Shown piece by piece: positions 33,203-43,197 of a DNA stretch of 54,149 nt. The stretch's first letter is position 1. The number at the start of each line of letters is the position of its first letter. The position numbers were made by a program, and so were the translations under genes. Origin of the DNA: a virus; IMG/VR virus record IMGVR_UViG_3300045988_053918, positions 1 to 54,149 of that record, one strand, 5' to 3'. The notes beneath the pieces were generated by a model that made no database searches, was not told the origin of the DNA, and saw nothing but the letters and a program-made list of their open reading frames with translations.

Positions 33203-33634
33203 ATGACAACTAAGGACCATTTGAATCAAATAAGCAGACTTAACAGAATGATAAACAATAAGCTAACAGAAATAACACAGCTTAGAGAACTTTCTTGCAG
33301 CATATCGGCGATTGGAAACGAAGAAAAGGTAATATCATCATCCGACCCAGATAAAATAGGCTCTACATACGCTAAAATTGACGAAATGGAGCGCAATCTT
33401 GATAATATGATAGATGAATATATTGAAAAGAAAAACTTGATTATAGGGCAAATAGACAGCATAGAGAATGAAGATTATTATAATATTCTGTTTTCAAGAT
33501 ATATTGAAAAGAAAACTTTCGAGGTTATCGCTACAGAAATGAAATATTCATGGAGACAAATTATTAGACTTCATGGAAAAGCTCTTAAGGCATTTGAAGA
33601 AAAATATGGCAACACATATTTAAAGATGTCATAG
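33203..33634 (+). CDS. Sigma-70 region-4-like regulator (DUF1492-like)
   Basis: C-terminal YYNILFSRYIEKKTFEVIATEMKYSWRQIIRLHGKALKAFEE. Confidence 0.45.
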   Translation: MTTKDHLNQISRLNRMINNKLTEITQLRELSCSISAIGNEEKVISSSDPDKIGSTYAKIDEMERNLDNMIDEYIEKKNLIIGQIDSIENEDYYNILFSRYIEKKTFEVIATEMKYSWRQIIRLHGKALKAFEEKYGNTYLKMS

Positions 33635-33715
33635 AATGTCATATTGCGCTAATGATATACTGTATCTGTAAGAAATTACAGAGCTGTTTTTCATAAATAT
33701 ATTTCTTATCAGAGG

Positions 33716-33746
33716 CACCGTTACTTAATTGTAGCGGTGTTTTTTG
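33716..33746 (+). terminator. Rho-independent terminator
   Basis: CACCG...CGGTG followed by a T6 run. Confidence 0.55.
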
Positions 33747-33766
33747 TTATGCAATGAGGTGGAAAT

Positions 33767-33976
33767 ATGAATTTTTATATGAATAAAGATAAATCAATTA
33801 TGTGTCCAAACTGCCATAAGTTTTTGACTAAGGCAGACAGCAAAGACACAAGAACACATAAATTAGCGTGCAAGCATTGCCACAAATGGATATGGTATGT
33901 GCCTAACGATGATGATAATTTTCAAATTAAAGAAATACCGGACAACAGAAGTTCAAGCGGTATGACATTTTATTAG
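33767..33976 (+). CDS. Mu Com-like zinc-finger protein
   Basis: CPNCHKFLTKADSKDTRTHKLACKHCHKWIW parallels the Com CxxC...CxxC layout. Confidence 0.35.
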   Translation: MNFYMNKDKSIMCPNCHKFLTKADSKDTRTHKLACKHCHKWIWYVPNDDDNFQIKEIPDNRSSSGMTFY

Positions 33977-33987
33977 AGGTATAGACA

Positions 33988-35580
33988 ATGCAGACAGGAA
34001 GAATTGCTATTTATACAGGCGCAAAAGAAATAACACCTGACAATATAATACCAATTTTGCGTGAAGCAATTTTGGAACATGATATTAATTCCAACAGAAT
34101 ACAGTTTCTTCTTGATTATGACGCAGGAATACAGCCAATAGTTAGGAAGAGCCCAAAGACTTACAGACCAGACATTGATTGTGAATGCTGTGATAATGTG
34201 GCTAACGAGGTCACAGAGTTTAATTTAGGATTTAAGTGGGGAAATCCTATAACGCTAGTTCAAAACGGCGACAATGAGGATTCTAACCTCACAGAAGCTA
34301 TAGCAGAATTAAACAGTTGCTACGAATCACAGAATGCAAGGCAGAAGCAACAGGAACTTGCAAGATATGTTGAAATCGGCGGTGTTGGATATGTCCTTAT
34401 TGATGTGAATACAGAATATGAGGATGGGGAAAGCTATTTCACATATGATGTATTAGATCCAAGAACAACATTTGTTGTAAGGTCAACAGCTTATAACGAT
34501 AAGAGGGTTATTCTTGCAGGTACTTATATCAAAGACAAACATAACGGTACAAGATATTACACCTGTTTTACAAAAGATATTCGCTATGAAATTACCGACG
34601 GAATAAAAATCACTAACGGACCAGAAAAAGGAAAAACAAAATGGGGATTTTTAGAGAGAAGTGGGGAAGAGAACCCATTACATAAAATCCCTATTATTGA
34701 ATATACAAGGTCATTTGATAGAATGGGCTGTTTTGAACGGCAAATATCTGAAATGGATAACTTAAACCTACTCATTTCAGATTTCACGAATGATGTCGAA
34801 CAGAATACACAGGCAGTATGGCATACAAATGATGTTGATTTCCCGGTTGAACAGGAAACAACAGTTGATAAAGATGGAACGCAACGCATTACTGAAAAAG
34901 TAAGAAAGCCAAAATCTGGAGAATGGATGCAGACCTACACATCAGCAGATGGCAAAACTCCAATAGTTGAGCCACTTGCAATCAATTACGATTACACAGG
35001 TATGCTTAATAATATCCAATCAAGGCGACAGATAATCTTGCAGAAATGCAATGTGCCACAACGAAATGATAATAGCGGTGGAAGTACAGGAGTTGCAATG
35101 TCGGACGCAACAGGCTGGTCACAAGCAGAAACAGCGGCGGCAAAGCAACAACTGATTACAGATGGCTGCAAAATGGAAGAGATAAAAGTTGTTCTTGCGG
35201 CTATTAAGCTGTCAAACAATGTTAATAGCAGTAATCCATTACTTAAATTAAGGGCAAGAGATGTAAAGCCTAACATTAAGCGACAAAAAACTTATGAAAT
35301 GTCAACTAAGGTTAACGCTATGGCGACATTGATAAGCCACGGATTTAGTCTTAAAGATACAGTTGATGCAATTCCATTTTTTGATGACCCTAACGATGTT
35401 GTAGCAAGAAGCGGAGAAATGGTTAAGGCATATCAAGACAGCATAATTAACAAAGACACACAGAACCAAGCAGAGGGCGGAGATGGCGAACAATCGCCTA
35501 ACAAAGACCGCACAATGCAAGACTTATCAGACCAGACAGAAAATAGTCCAGTTATAGATAAGAGCAGAACTGATAAATAA
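33988..35580 (+). CDS. Portal protein (SPP1 gp6-like)
   Basis: 530 aa, just downstream of terL; N-terminal ...ILREAILEHDINSNRIQFLLDYDAGIQPI. Confidence 0.8.
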   Translation: MQTGRIAIYTGAKEITPDNIIPILREAILEHDINSNRIQFLLDYDAGIQPIVRKSPKTYRPDIDCECCDNVANEVTEFNLGFKWGNPITLVQNGDNEDSNLTEAIAELNSCYESQNARQKQQELARYVEIGGVGYVLIDVNTEYEDGESYFTYDVLDPRTTFVVRSTAYNDKRVILAGTYIKDKHNGTRYYTCFTKDIRYEITDGIKITNGPEKGKTKWGFLERSGEENPLHKIPIIEYTRSFDRMGCFERQISEMDNLNLLISDFTNDVEQNTQAVWHTNDVDFPVEQETTVDKDGTQRITEKVRKPKSGEWMQTYTSADGKTPIVEPLAINYDYTGMLNNIQSRRQIILQKCNVPQRNDNSGGSTGVAMSDATGWSQAETAAAKQQLITDGCKMEEIKVVLAAIKLSNNVNSSNPLLKLRARDVKPNIKRQKTYEMSTKVNAMATLISHGFSLKDTVDAIPFFDDPNDVVARSGEMVKAYQDSIINKDTQNQAEGGDGEQSPNKDRTMQDLSDQTENSPVIDKSRTDK

Positions 35581-35706
35581 ATTGATATTGAGCCACAGGG
35601 TAGAAATGCCTTGTGGCTTTTTATATGTCCTAGAGAAAGGGCAATACAAATATCGCAAGAAGTTGAGAGAACAACAAAAAACGCAGAAAGCAGAGGTAAA
35701 GAAATT

Positions 35707-36285
35707 ATGGCAGATGTAATTAACACAACAACAGAACCAACAACTAACAATGAGTCACAGAACGAAGAGCAGACACCTAGCGTAGAAGAACTTATGGCGC
35801 AGCTTGCTAGTGAAAGAGCTGAAAAAGAGAAGTATAAGAATGCTTCCGATAAAGCCAGTTCAGAAGCAGCTAAGTACAAGAAAGAACTTCGCTCGAAGCA
35901 GACAGCAGAAGAACAGGAAGCGGAAGCAAAGGCGGAAGCTGAAAAGTTGCAGGCTGAAAAGTTCGAGAACATGAGCAAAGAACTTAATCATATGAAAGCT
36001 GTCAATGCTTATCAGAAAGTTATAGGCGATGGAAAGGATATTGATTCTTTGATTGAGGCGGTTGCAGATGCAGACCATAGCCTTATAGCAACTGTAATTG
36101 CCAATGAAGTGCAAAGACAGGTTAAAGAAGCTAAGGCAGAGTGGCTTAAATCAAGACCGGCTATTAATGCAGGCGGTGGAGAAGAAAGCACGATAACACA
36201 GGAACAGTTCAACAAGATGAATTACCACGAAAGAGTGGAGTTCAAAAATAAGAACCCAGAGCTTTATAAGAAGTTCACAGAGTAG
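35707..36285 (+). CDS. Scaffolding protein
   Basis: Coiled-coil Glu/Lys/Ala-rich protein between the portal and capsid genes. Confidence 0.7.
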   Translation: MADVINTTTEPTTNNESQNEEQTPSVEELMAQLASERAEKEKYKNASDKASSEAAKYKKELRSKQTAEEQEAEAKAEAEKLQAEKFENMSKELNHMKAVNAYQKVIGDGKDIDSLIEAVADADHSLIATVIANEVQRQVKEAKAEWLKSRPAINAGGGEESTITQEQFNKMNYHERVEFKNKNPELYKKFTE

Positions 36286-36305
36286 AAAACGGAGGTAAAT
36301 AAACT

Positions 36306-37337
36306 ATGCCACAGACTAAGTTAGCAAATTTAGTAGACCCACAGGTAATGGCTGATATGGTATCAGCTAAGTTGCCAAAGAAGATTAAGTTCTCACCTAT
36401 TGCAAGAGTTGATACAACACTTGTAGGCAGACCAGGAAGCACAATCGTTGTGCCAAAGTATGCTTATATTGGTGACGCAGAAGATGTAGCAGAAGGTGTT
36501 GCTATGGGTACAACAGTACTTACAACATCTACAACAGAAGCAAAGGTTAAGAAAGCAGGTAAGGCAGTAGAACTTACAGACGAATCAGTGTTATCTGGTT
36601 ATGGCGACCCACTTGGTACAGCTATCAATCAGATTGCTATGTCGATCGCTGCAAAGGTTGATAATGACAGCTATGACGCACTTTGCACAGCACCTATTGA
36701 TTACGATGGAACAGCAGCACCTATCAGCTATTCAGCAGTTGTAGCGGCTAATAGCAAGTTTGATGATGAATCAGATTCATCACTTACAAAGATATTATTC
36801 ATTAATCCAGCGCAGGAAGCCACATTGCTTAATGACGATGATTTCAAGAGCAATGACAAGTACCCACTTAATGTAATTATGAATGGAACTATCGGTTCTA
36901 TTGCGGGAGCGCAGGTTGTTAAGTCAAAGAAAGTTAAGTTAGTTAAGTATGAGCTTGATGATTCAACAGGAACAATCAATGTTGTAGCTGATACAACAAG
37001 CGAGGATGCAACGAATGTTCATCTTGACACAGCACTTGCACATACGCTTAAGCCAAAGGGTAAGGAAATCAAGGTAGGTAGCAAGTTAAAGGCTGTTACA
37101 ACAGAGTTCTACGCTTGTCCTATTGTTATCGTATCAGCAGAAGACCCTAACGAGGACACAGGTGCAGATGGCGTATCAGAGGAAGAGAACGCACTTACAA
37201 TCTATATGAAGAGAAGCGTTGAGATTGAATCAGACAGAGATATTCTTGCAAAGACAACTGTTATCTCTGGCGATGAACACTATACAGCAGTCTTAAGCAA
37301 TGATTCAAAGGTTGTTCTTGCTAAGTTCGGAAAGTAA
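36306..37337 (+). CDS. Major capsid protein (resembles the N4-gp56-type family)
   Basis: MPQTKLANLVDPQVMADMVSAKLPKKIKFSPIARVDTTLVGRPGSTIVVPKYAYIGDAEDVAEG; position and size. Confidence 0.8.
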   Translation: MPQTKLANLVDPQVMADMVSAKLPKKIKFSPIARVDTTLVGRPGSTIVVPKYAYIGDAEDVAEGVAMGTTVLTTSTTEAKVKKAGKAVELTDESVLSGYGDPLGTAINQIAMSIAAKVDNDSYDALCTAPIDYDGTAAPISYSAVVAANSKFDDESDSSLTKILFINPAQEATLLNDDDFKSNDKYPLNVIMNGTIGSIAGAQVVKSKKVKLVKYELDDSTGTINVVADTTSEDATNVHLDTALAHTLKPKGKEIKVGSKLKAVTTEFYACPIVIVSAEDPNEDTGADGVSEEENALTIYMKRSVEIESDRDILAKTTVISGDEHYTAVLSNDSKVVLAKFGK

Positions 37338-37348
37338 GAGGTGTTTAT

Positions 37349-37627
37349 ATGTTATTAAGACGACATAAAATCAACGCCGCAAAGCAGAGCGAAGAAGTAA
37401 CAGCAGATAATGTAAGACAAGAAGCTGTTTATGGAGATGAGCTTAAATATGAGGAAGAGCAGGACAAATTCCCTGCTCAACCTACAAGCGATTACACAAA
37501 GACAGCTATTAAGCGTATGCCAACAGCGGACTTGCAGACACTTGCCTTAGAACAAGGTATTGAGAACGCAATGGAGCTTACAGGAGCAGAGCTTAAAGAA
37601 CTGTTAATTGAGAAATTAGGATTATAG
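37349..37627 (+). CDS. Hypothetical head protein with a Rho_N/SAP-like C-terminus
   Basis: ...MPTADLQTLALEQGIENAMELTGAELKELLIEKLG. Confidence 0.45.
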   Translation: MLLRRHKINAAKQSEEVTADNVRQEAVYGDELKYEEEQDKFPAQPTSDYTKTAIKRMPTADLQTLALEQGIENAMELTGAELKELLIEKLGL

Positions 37628-37637
37628 GAGCTAAATT

Positions 37638-38018
37638 ATGGAATACACCACATTAGAACAGGCTAAAATCAGACTTAAACAATTTCATATAGAAACTGTC
37701 AAAGATGAAGAAAACGAAACAACATCTGATGTGGTAGTGTTCGATAACAAAGAAGATAATCCAGTAATCGAACAGCTCATTAAACAGGCTACAGAAGATG
37801 TAAAGGCAAGAAGAAATTACCCCGACAGCTACACAGACGAAATGATAACCGAGGACTTGAAGAAATTTGAGAGTGTTATTGTTAATCTGGCTGTCTACGA
37901 CCATTCACAAGCTGGGGAGAACTACATGGCGAGTATGAATGAGGGCGGTGTCAACAGAACTTGGAGAGATAGAGATAGCTTATTTGTCGGGGTATTTCCT
38001 TTTGCTAAGGTTTTATAG
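37638..38018 (+). CDS. Head-tail connector (gp6-like)
   Basis: TLEQAKIRLKQ...DNPVIEQLIKQATEDVKARRNY. Confidence 0.6.
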   Translation: MEYTTLEQAKIRLKQFHIETVKDEENETTSDVVVFDNKEDNPVIEQLIKQATEDVKARRNYPDSYTDEMITEDLKKFESVIVNLAVYDHSQAGENYMASMNEGGVNRTWRDRDSLFVGVFPFAKVL

Positions 38019-38108
38019 AAGATTGTGCGTTACCAATACGGTAGCAGGCGGCACACATTAAGGGTGGTGGGCGGTGTGCCATTATTAATTATGAAAGGCG
38101 GTATATCA

Positions 38109-38432
38109 ATGCCAATAGCAGTAATTATAAGCATTATTTCAGTTGCTTTTTCCGTCTTTTTCGGACTGTTTACGTTGGGATTTAATCTTAAGAACAACAA
38201 AAAGTCTGACAATGCAGAACTTACAGAGCGTGTAAAGGAAAATACACGCATAAATATGAAACTTGACACAATATCAGGCAACACAACAGAGATAAAGAAT
38301 GAAGTTATAGAAATGAGAAAAGAGCTTAATTCTCATGATAACAGGATTATTAAAGTTGAGGAAAGTGTAAAGTCGGCACATCACCGAATAGACGGATTGG
38401 AAGCACGACTTAATGAAGATAAGGAGGTATAG
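38109..38432 (+). CDS. N-terminally membrane-anchored coiled-coil protein (XhlA-like)
   Basis: MPIAVIISIISVAFSVFFGLFTLGF TM segment, then a coiled coil ending HHRIDGLEARL. Confidence 0.4.
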   Translation: MPIAVIISIISVAFSVFFGLFTLGFNLKNNKKSDNAELTERVKENTRINMKLDTISGNTTEIKNEVIEMRKELNSHDNRIIKVEESVKSAHHRIDGLEARLNEDKEV

Positions 38433-38436
38433 CAGA

Positions 38437-38763
38437 ATGGAGATTATGCAGACATTGATTGCAAATATGACAATCATATTAGCAATTGTCGGGGCATTAG
38501 CCTTTATAGTATCTGTAATTACACAGGTAATCAAGGGTATTGGAGTATTCAATAAGGTGCCTACAGATATTGTAGTATTTGTCCTGTCAATCGGTATTAC
38601 TGTAGCGGCATTTGTTGCTTATATGCAGTATATTCAGATAACAATACTGTGGTACATGATTCTTGCGGCGATTATGGCAGGATTTGTTGTTGCTTTTGTA
38701 GCGATGTACGGTTGGGAGAAGCTGTCTGAATTATGGAAGCGATTTGGCAAGGATGTGAAGTAA
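38437..38763 (+). CDS. Putative holin (multi-TM)
   Basis: AAGGAGG RBS; three or four hydrophobic helices and a charged tail EKLSELWKRFGKDVK. Confidence 0.5.
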   Translation: MEIMQTLIANMTIILAIVGALAFIVSVITQVIKGIGVFNKVPTDIVVFVLSIGITVAAFVAYMQYIQITILWYMILAAIMAGFVVAFVAMYGWEKLSELWKRFGKDVK

Positions 38764-38764
38764 T

Positions 38765-39223
38765 ATGCTTGACATTAATAAGCAGGCTATGAAGTATTCG
38801 CTTCAAGGACAGACAGTAACTATTTACGAAAGAGACGATGACGGCAATATTCTTTATGAGGGATATACCGACACAGAGGGCAACTTCATTCCTTATCTTG
38901 ATGATGAGGGAAATAAGATACCTAAAGTCCTTGAAGAAAAAACAGGCTTTTCAGAGCCTGTGGATTTTAAAGCAAACATAGCTTTCAGCGGTGGAGAAGC
39001 ACAGAGCAAGGAATACGGCTTTGATACGGCTGATTTTGACGCTATTTTGCTGACAGATAGGAATGTGTTGCCTATTCAAAAAGGCGACCTTATTTGGCTT
39101 GATAGCAAGCCTGCATACACATCTGACAGCCTTGTTGATGAAACATCAGCGGATTTCATGATTGTAGGCATTAAGCCGGCACTATATTCAACTAAGTATA
39201 TGCTTAAAGCAGTTGTAAAGTAG
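38765..39223 (+). CDS. Head/neck morphogenesis protein (hypothetical)
   Basis: Position in the structural module; 152 aa. Confidence 0.45.
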   Translation: MLDINKQAMKYSLQGQTVTIYERDDDGNILYEGYTDTEGNFIPYLDDEGNKIPKVLEEKTGFSEPVDFKANIAFSGGEAQSKEYGFDTADFDAILLTDRNVLPIQKGDLIWLDSKPAYTSDSLVDETSADFMIVGIKPALYSTKYMLKAVVK

Positions 39224-39421
39224 GTGGTAAATACGAAGTATCAGACAGACGGCTTTCCCGAAAATGGTTCTTTATTTATACAAACAGGCAATGAACAGCT
39301 AGTTGGTTCTATCTTTAAAGGAAAGACAATCCCATCTACGCAAGAGCCAATAAATGAAAGCATAAGAAAAGCTATTTTGCAAGCAGTTAAGGAGCGTGTT
39401 TATGGCAAGACATACAATTAA
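39224..39421 (+). CDS. Hypothetical protein (GTG start)
   Basis: 65-aa ORF contiguous with its neighbours. Confidence 0.4.
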   Translation: MVNTKYQTDGFPENGSLFIQTGNEQLVGSIFKGKTIPSTQEPINESIRKAILQAVKERVYGKTYN

Positions 39422-39938
39422 TATATCATTGTCTGAAAAGTCCGTAAATGAAGCTATCAGACAGCTACAACAGTATAAGCAGAGTTTGCAGTATAAATGT
39501 GAATTACTTATTGAACGATTAGCAGAATTAGGCGACAAAGCGGCGATTATGAGTGTTAATGAAAGCCCATTAGGTAGGACAGTAACATTGAGAGTTGACA
39601 AAAAACCTATTCAAGATGGCTACCAAGCTATTTTAATTGCTACCGGTAAAACTGTTGAGGTAGAAGATAGAGAGCCATTTTACACGCTGTTAGCGATTGA
39701 ATTTGGTGCTGGTATTTATTACAACGGCGGCAACGAGAACCCAAAGGCTAATGATTTCGGTTTGGGTGTAGGAACATACCCGGGACAAGTCCACGCATTC
39801 AGCGACGGTTGGTACTACTTAGGTAATGATAATCAATGGCACTACACGCACGGCGTTAAAGCTACAATGCCTATGTACAACGCCACAATGGAGATTGTTA
39901 ATCAGTATAAGCAGATAGCAAGAGAGGTGTTTAGTTAA
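39402..39938 (+). CDS. Neck/tail-joining protein (HK97 gp10-like)
   Basis: AAGGAG RBS before the ATG at 39402; position. Confidence 0.4.
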   Translation: MARHTINISLSEKSVNEAIRQLQQYKQSLQYKCELLIERLAELGDKAAIMSVNESPLGRTVTLRVDKKPIQDGYQAILIATGKTVEVEDREPFYTLLAIEFGAGIYYNGGNENPKANDFGLGVGTYPGQVHAFSDGWYYLGNDNQWHYTHGVKATMPMYNATMEIVNQYKQIAREVFS

Positions 39939-40354
39939 TGGCAAATGCAAACGATTGGGCGACAGACCTTGAGAATACAGTCACAGCACTTGTCAAGGCT
40001 AAAACCCTAACACAGCTTAAAAAAACATACCCAAAGATAGTCATAACCAATGAGGGGGAAAACAGCGGTCAAGCAGTATTCCCGACAGTATACATTCATT
40101 TACTGCCAGCAGTTGAACAAGGACAAACACTTGATGGACAGACAGTTAACGCATTGTTAGCGACATTTCAAGTAGATGTCACCACTAACACAAGCAAATC
40201 TGATTGTCGCAAGGTTATGGCAGTAATTACAGATACATTCAAGACAATGAGATTTCAAGGTAACGCAATGCCGGAATTTTCAATCAGCAATAAAGTACAT
40301 AAGAGTACCGCTAGATTCAGAAGAATGATAGCGGCAAATGACAGATTAATGTAA
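39938..40354 (+). CDS. Tail completion/terminator-like protein (hypothetical)
   Basis: ATG overlaps the upstream stop; lies just before the major tail gene. Confidence 0.4.
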   Translation: MANANDWATDLENTVTALVKAKTLTQLKKTYPKIVITNEGENSGQAVFPTVYIHLLPAVEQGQTLDGQTVNALLATFQVDVTTNTSKSDCRKVMAVITDTFKTMRFQGNAMPEFSISNKVHKSTARFRRMIAANDRLM

Positions 40355-40409
40355 CAAAGAGCAGAAATGCTCTTATTTTTTTGCAAATTTTTAGGAGGTA
40401 GACAAGGCA

Positions 40410-40892
40410 ATGGCAAGTACAAGTTATAAAGCTAGGGTTATCTACAAGGAGCATAGCGAAGATGGCTTTGCAGGTTCATACAAGTTAATGGTTGCGGCTA
40501 AGTCAATTTCAGCACCAGTATCAGCACCTAACACAGTTGAAAGTACAACATTTGAAGATGATTCACAGACATTCTTAATGGGTATCAAAACATCTGACGC
40601 TAAGACTTACACAGGAAATCTTGAAAAGGCTTATTTACAGGACTTAATCAAGGCGGAGGGCAAGCAGTTAGATATTATTCAGTTATATGGCTCTGATGGA
40701 TTAGGTGCGGTTGCTAAGTACGCATTTGTCGGACAGGTAACAGCAACACCTAATGATGTTTCTGGTACTGATTCAGTACTTGAAATGACAGTAACAGCAG
40801 TTCCTAACACTTCACCTATCGAATGCACAGACAAGCTTCAAGTTGTCGAAGGCACTGGTGGCACGTTCACAGTAACAAAGGTGGGGGAATGA
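40410..40892 (+). CDS. Major tail protein
   Basis: GGAGGT RBS; 160 aa, directly upstream of the chaperone pair and tape measure. Confidence 0.65.
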   Translation: MASTSYKARVIYKEHSEDGFAGSYKLMVAAKSISAPVSAPNTVESTTFEDDSQTFLMGIKTSDAKTYTGNLEKAYLQDLIKAEGKQLDIIQLYGSDGLGAVAKYAFVGQVTATPNDVSGTDSVLEMTVTAVPNTSPIECTDKLQVVEGTGGTFTVTKVGE

Positions 40893-41064
40893 TAAGCCAA
40901 TCGACTAAATCAAAGGCTGTGTCGATTGGTGGCACAAACACCAAAACAGCCGACTACACATCATATCTTGATGATGTAACAGAATAATTATTTTAAAAGG
41001 TAGGTGCGGTGTAAAATCCGCACCTTTCCCTATATGGACGATAGGGCGGGAAAGGGTAAAAATT

Positions 41065-41553
41065 ATGATGAATATTAATGTAAACGGAAAAGAATACAAA
41101 GTTGAGTTCTCTTTTGGTGCGGCAGAGCACAAAGAAATAGTGCAGAAAATGTTTTCTGTCGTTAATGGTTCTTACTTACTTGCACAGACAGATAAAAGCG
41201 TTGCACAGGCTTCCTTTGATGGATTAGCAAATATGACAGCAGATGTGCCAGAGATTTGCATTACCGCCATTTATGCAGGCTGTATTGACAATAACCCAGT
41301 AACTATGGATGAAGCAAAGGAACTCACTAGGGCATATATTACAGAGAAAAGAAAGACAGATAAGAGTTACGGATATAGAACGTTGTTTGAAGAAATCAAG
41401 AAAGCGATGGAAGATGATGGTTTTTTCGAGCTGTCGGGGATAACAACGATGTTAGAGGAAATGGCGAACAATGTGGAAGAAGCGGCACAGGAGCAGAAGA
41501 AGCCGACAGTAGTTCCACAGGACCACAAGAAAAAGCAGACTTCCACAAAATAA
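41065..41553 (+). CDS. Tail assembly chaperone (gpG-like)
   Basis: Position; acidic C-terminus; the -1 frame stays open across its 3' end. Confidence 0.7.
   Translation: MMNINVNGKEYKVEFSFGAAEHKEIVQKMFSVVNGSYLLAQTDKSVAQASFDGLANMTADVPEICITAIYAGCIDNNPVTMDEAKELTRAYITEKRKTDKSYGYRTLFEEIKKAMEDDGFFELSGITTMLEEMANNVEEAAQEQKKPTVVPQDHKKKQTSTK
41421..41427 (+). promoter_or_regulatory. Candidate -1 slippery heptamer T_TTT_TTC
   Basis: 0-frame reads GGT TTT TTC; the -1 frame is open from at least 41418 through 41912. Confidence 0.45.
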
Positions 41554-41615
41554 TATGGGAAGAATACTTTGTTTTAGCCAGTTCACTAGGCGTTAGTTAT
41601 TCAGACTTTCTAAAA

Positions 41616-41912
41616 ATGACACCTAAAAAATTATTACTATACGCAAAAGGCAAAAAGATTGATAGACAAAATCGAGATGCAGAAATGTATAACTGGTTTT
41701 TTGTCTATGCAATACCGGCTATTTCTTGCGGCATTGGTGCGGCATTTAGCAAAGATACACACATTGAATATCCGAAGCAGGCTATTTTATCAGAAAAAAC
41801 GGAAGAAAGCGAAGAAGATACCTACGATAAAGAGTTACAGCGAATGTTACTCAATGAACAGAAATGGGCGGCACGAGCTGAAAAGAGAGGACTACCGCCA
41901 ACAATCCTATAA
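41616..41912 (+). CDS. Tail assembly chaperone -1 frame extension (gpT-like)
   Basis: Frame is -1 relative to 41065..41553 and open upstream of the annotated ATG; ends just before the tape measure. Confidence 0.6.
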   Translation: MTPKKLLLYAKGKKIDRQNRDAEMYNWFFVYAIPAISCGIGAAFSKDTHIEYPKQAILSEKTEESEEDTYDKELQRMLLNEQKWAARAEKRGLPPTIL

Positions 41913-41925
41913 AGGGGGTTAAAGC

Positions 41926-43197
41926 GTGGAATTAGATTCATTAGAAGTCAAAATTACCGGTGCTGCCACGAAAGCTATCAATTCCGTCGATAAACTGATA
42001 AATCAGCTTACAAGGCTGTCAACATCACTTGCAACTGTGAATGGCTCTTCACTAAGTAGCCTTGCAAATGGTGTTAGCCAGTTAGGTTCTGCTATGCAGA
42101 ATATGAACGCAGGAACAGCAGATTTTACAAGGCTTGCTAAGAACATCACAAAGATAGGTTCTGTTGATTCAGTTGCACTAACTAACACAGCTACATCACT
42201 TCAGGCTGTCACAAAGGCAGTTGCAAGCATATCAGCTATTCCGCAAAATGCAACGCAGGTCACAGAATTTGCAAAGTCACTTGGTAAGCTAGGCAGTAAG
42301 AGCATAGAAAACGCCGTTGTAAACATTCCAAAGCTAGGCAATGCTTTAAATGGCTTAATGACAACGCTATCAAGAGCACCAACAGTAAGTCAAAATGTTA
42401 TTCAAATGACTAACGCATTGGCTAATCTTGCTAGTCAAGGTAGCAAGGTGGGTACTTCTTCAAACTCACTTCAAAAAACGCTGTATGGCGTTTCTACAAG
42501 TGCTAGAACAGCAACTAGAAGTAGTTGGAACTTAGCAAGTGCAATAGGTAAGTTTTATGCCACTTATTTTATGGTAATTCGTGGCAGCAAAAAACTTATA
42601 GAAGCCATCAAATCAACAACAGATTACATCGAAGCGTTCAACTATCAAGCGGTTGCGTTTGGTAAGATTGGTTCAGAGTGGGATAAGGATTACGAAAAGT
42701 ACGGATATGATAACGCAACAGCATATGCAGAAAGTTTTAAAAGTAGAGTAAATGATACTCTTGGAAAACTATCTGGCTTAAAAGTCAATGTTCAAGGCGG
42801 ATTGCTTGAAGAAAGTGGAACAAAGAACTTAGGACTTAATATACAAGAGATAACGCAGTACGCTTCACAGTTAGCTTCTGTCACTAACTCATTAGGGCAG
42901 ACAGGCGAAGCGACAACAGCAATAACAAAGTCAATGACAATGCTTGCAGGCGATATAAGCTCACTTTTTAATGTGGACTATTCAACGGTTGCACAGAACT
43001 TACAAAGTGGCTTAATCGGTCAATCGAGAGCATTGTATAAGTATGGTATTGATATTACTAACGCTACATTAGCGACATATGCTTATAACTTGGGAATTTC
43101 CAAGTCTGTATCAGAAATGACACAGATGGAAAAACAGCAGTTAAGAGTGTTAGCAATATTAGACCAAAGTAAAGTATCTTGGGGTGATTTAGCTAAT
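41926..43197 (+). CDS. Tape measure protein, exon 1
   Basis: GTG start after AGGGGG; ends ...SWGDLAN; the 16 codons read beyond 43197 look like intron read-through. Confidence 0.7.

Noticed and set aside
40896-41030. Hairpins after the major tail gene as an ncRNA, and ORF 40905..41132 (-)
   Set aside because: The two hairpins (CCAATCGAC/GTCGATTGG and AGGTGCGG/CCGCACCT) are adequately explained as partial terminators or attenuators that set the major-tail to chaperone expression ratio. The - strand ORF has no support.
41659-41922. ORF 41659..41922 (+), alternative frame within the chaperone extension
   Set aside because: It overlaps the gpT-like frame that is continuous with the -1 frameshift window, and its highly basic sequence looks like an out-of-frame artefact.
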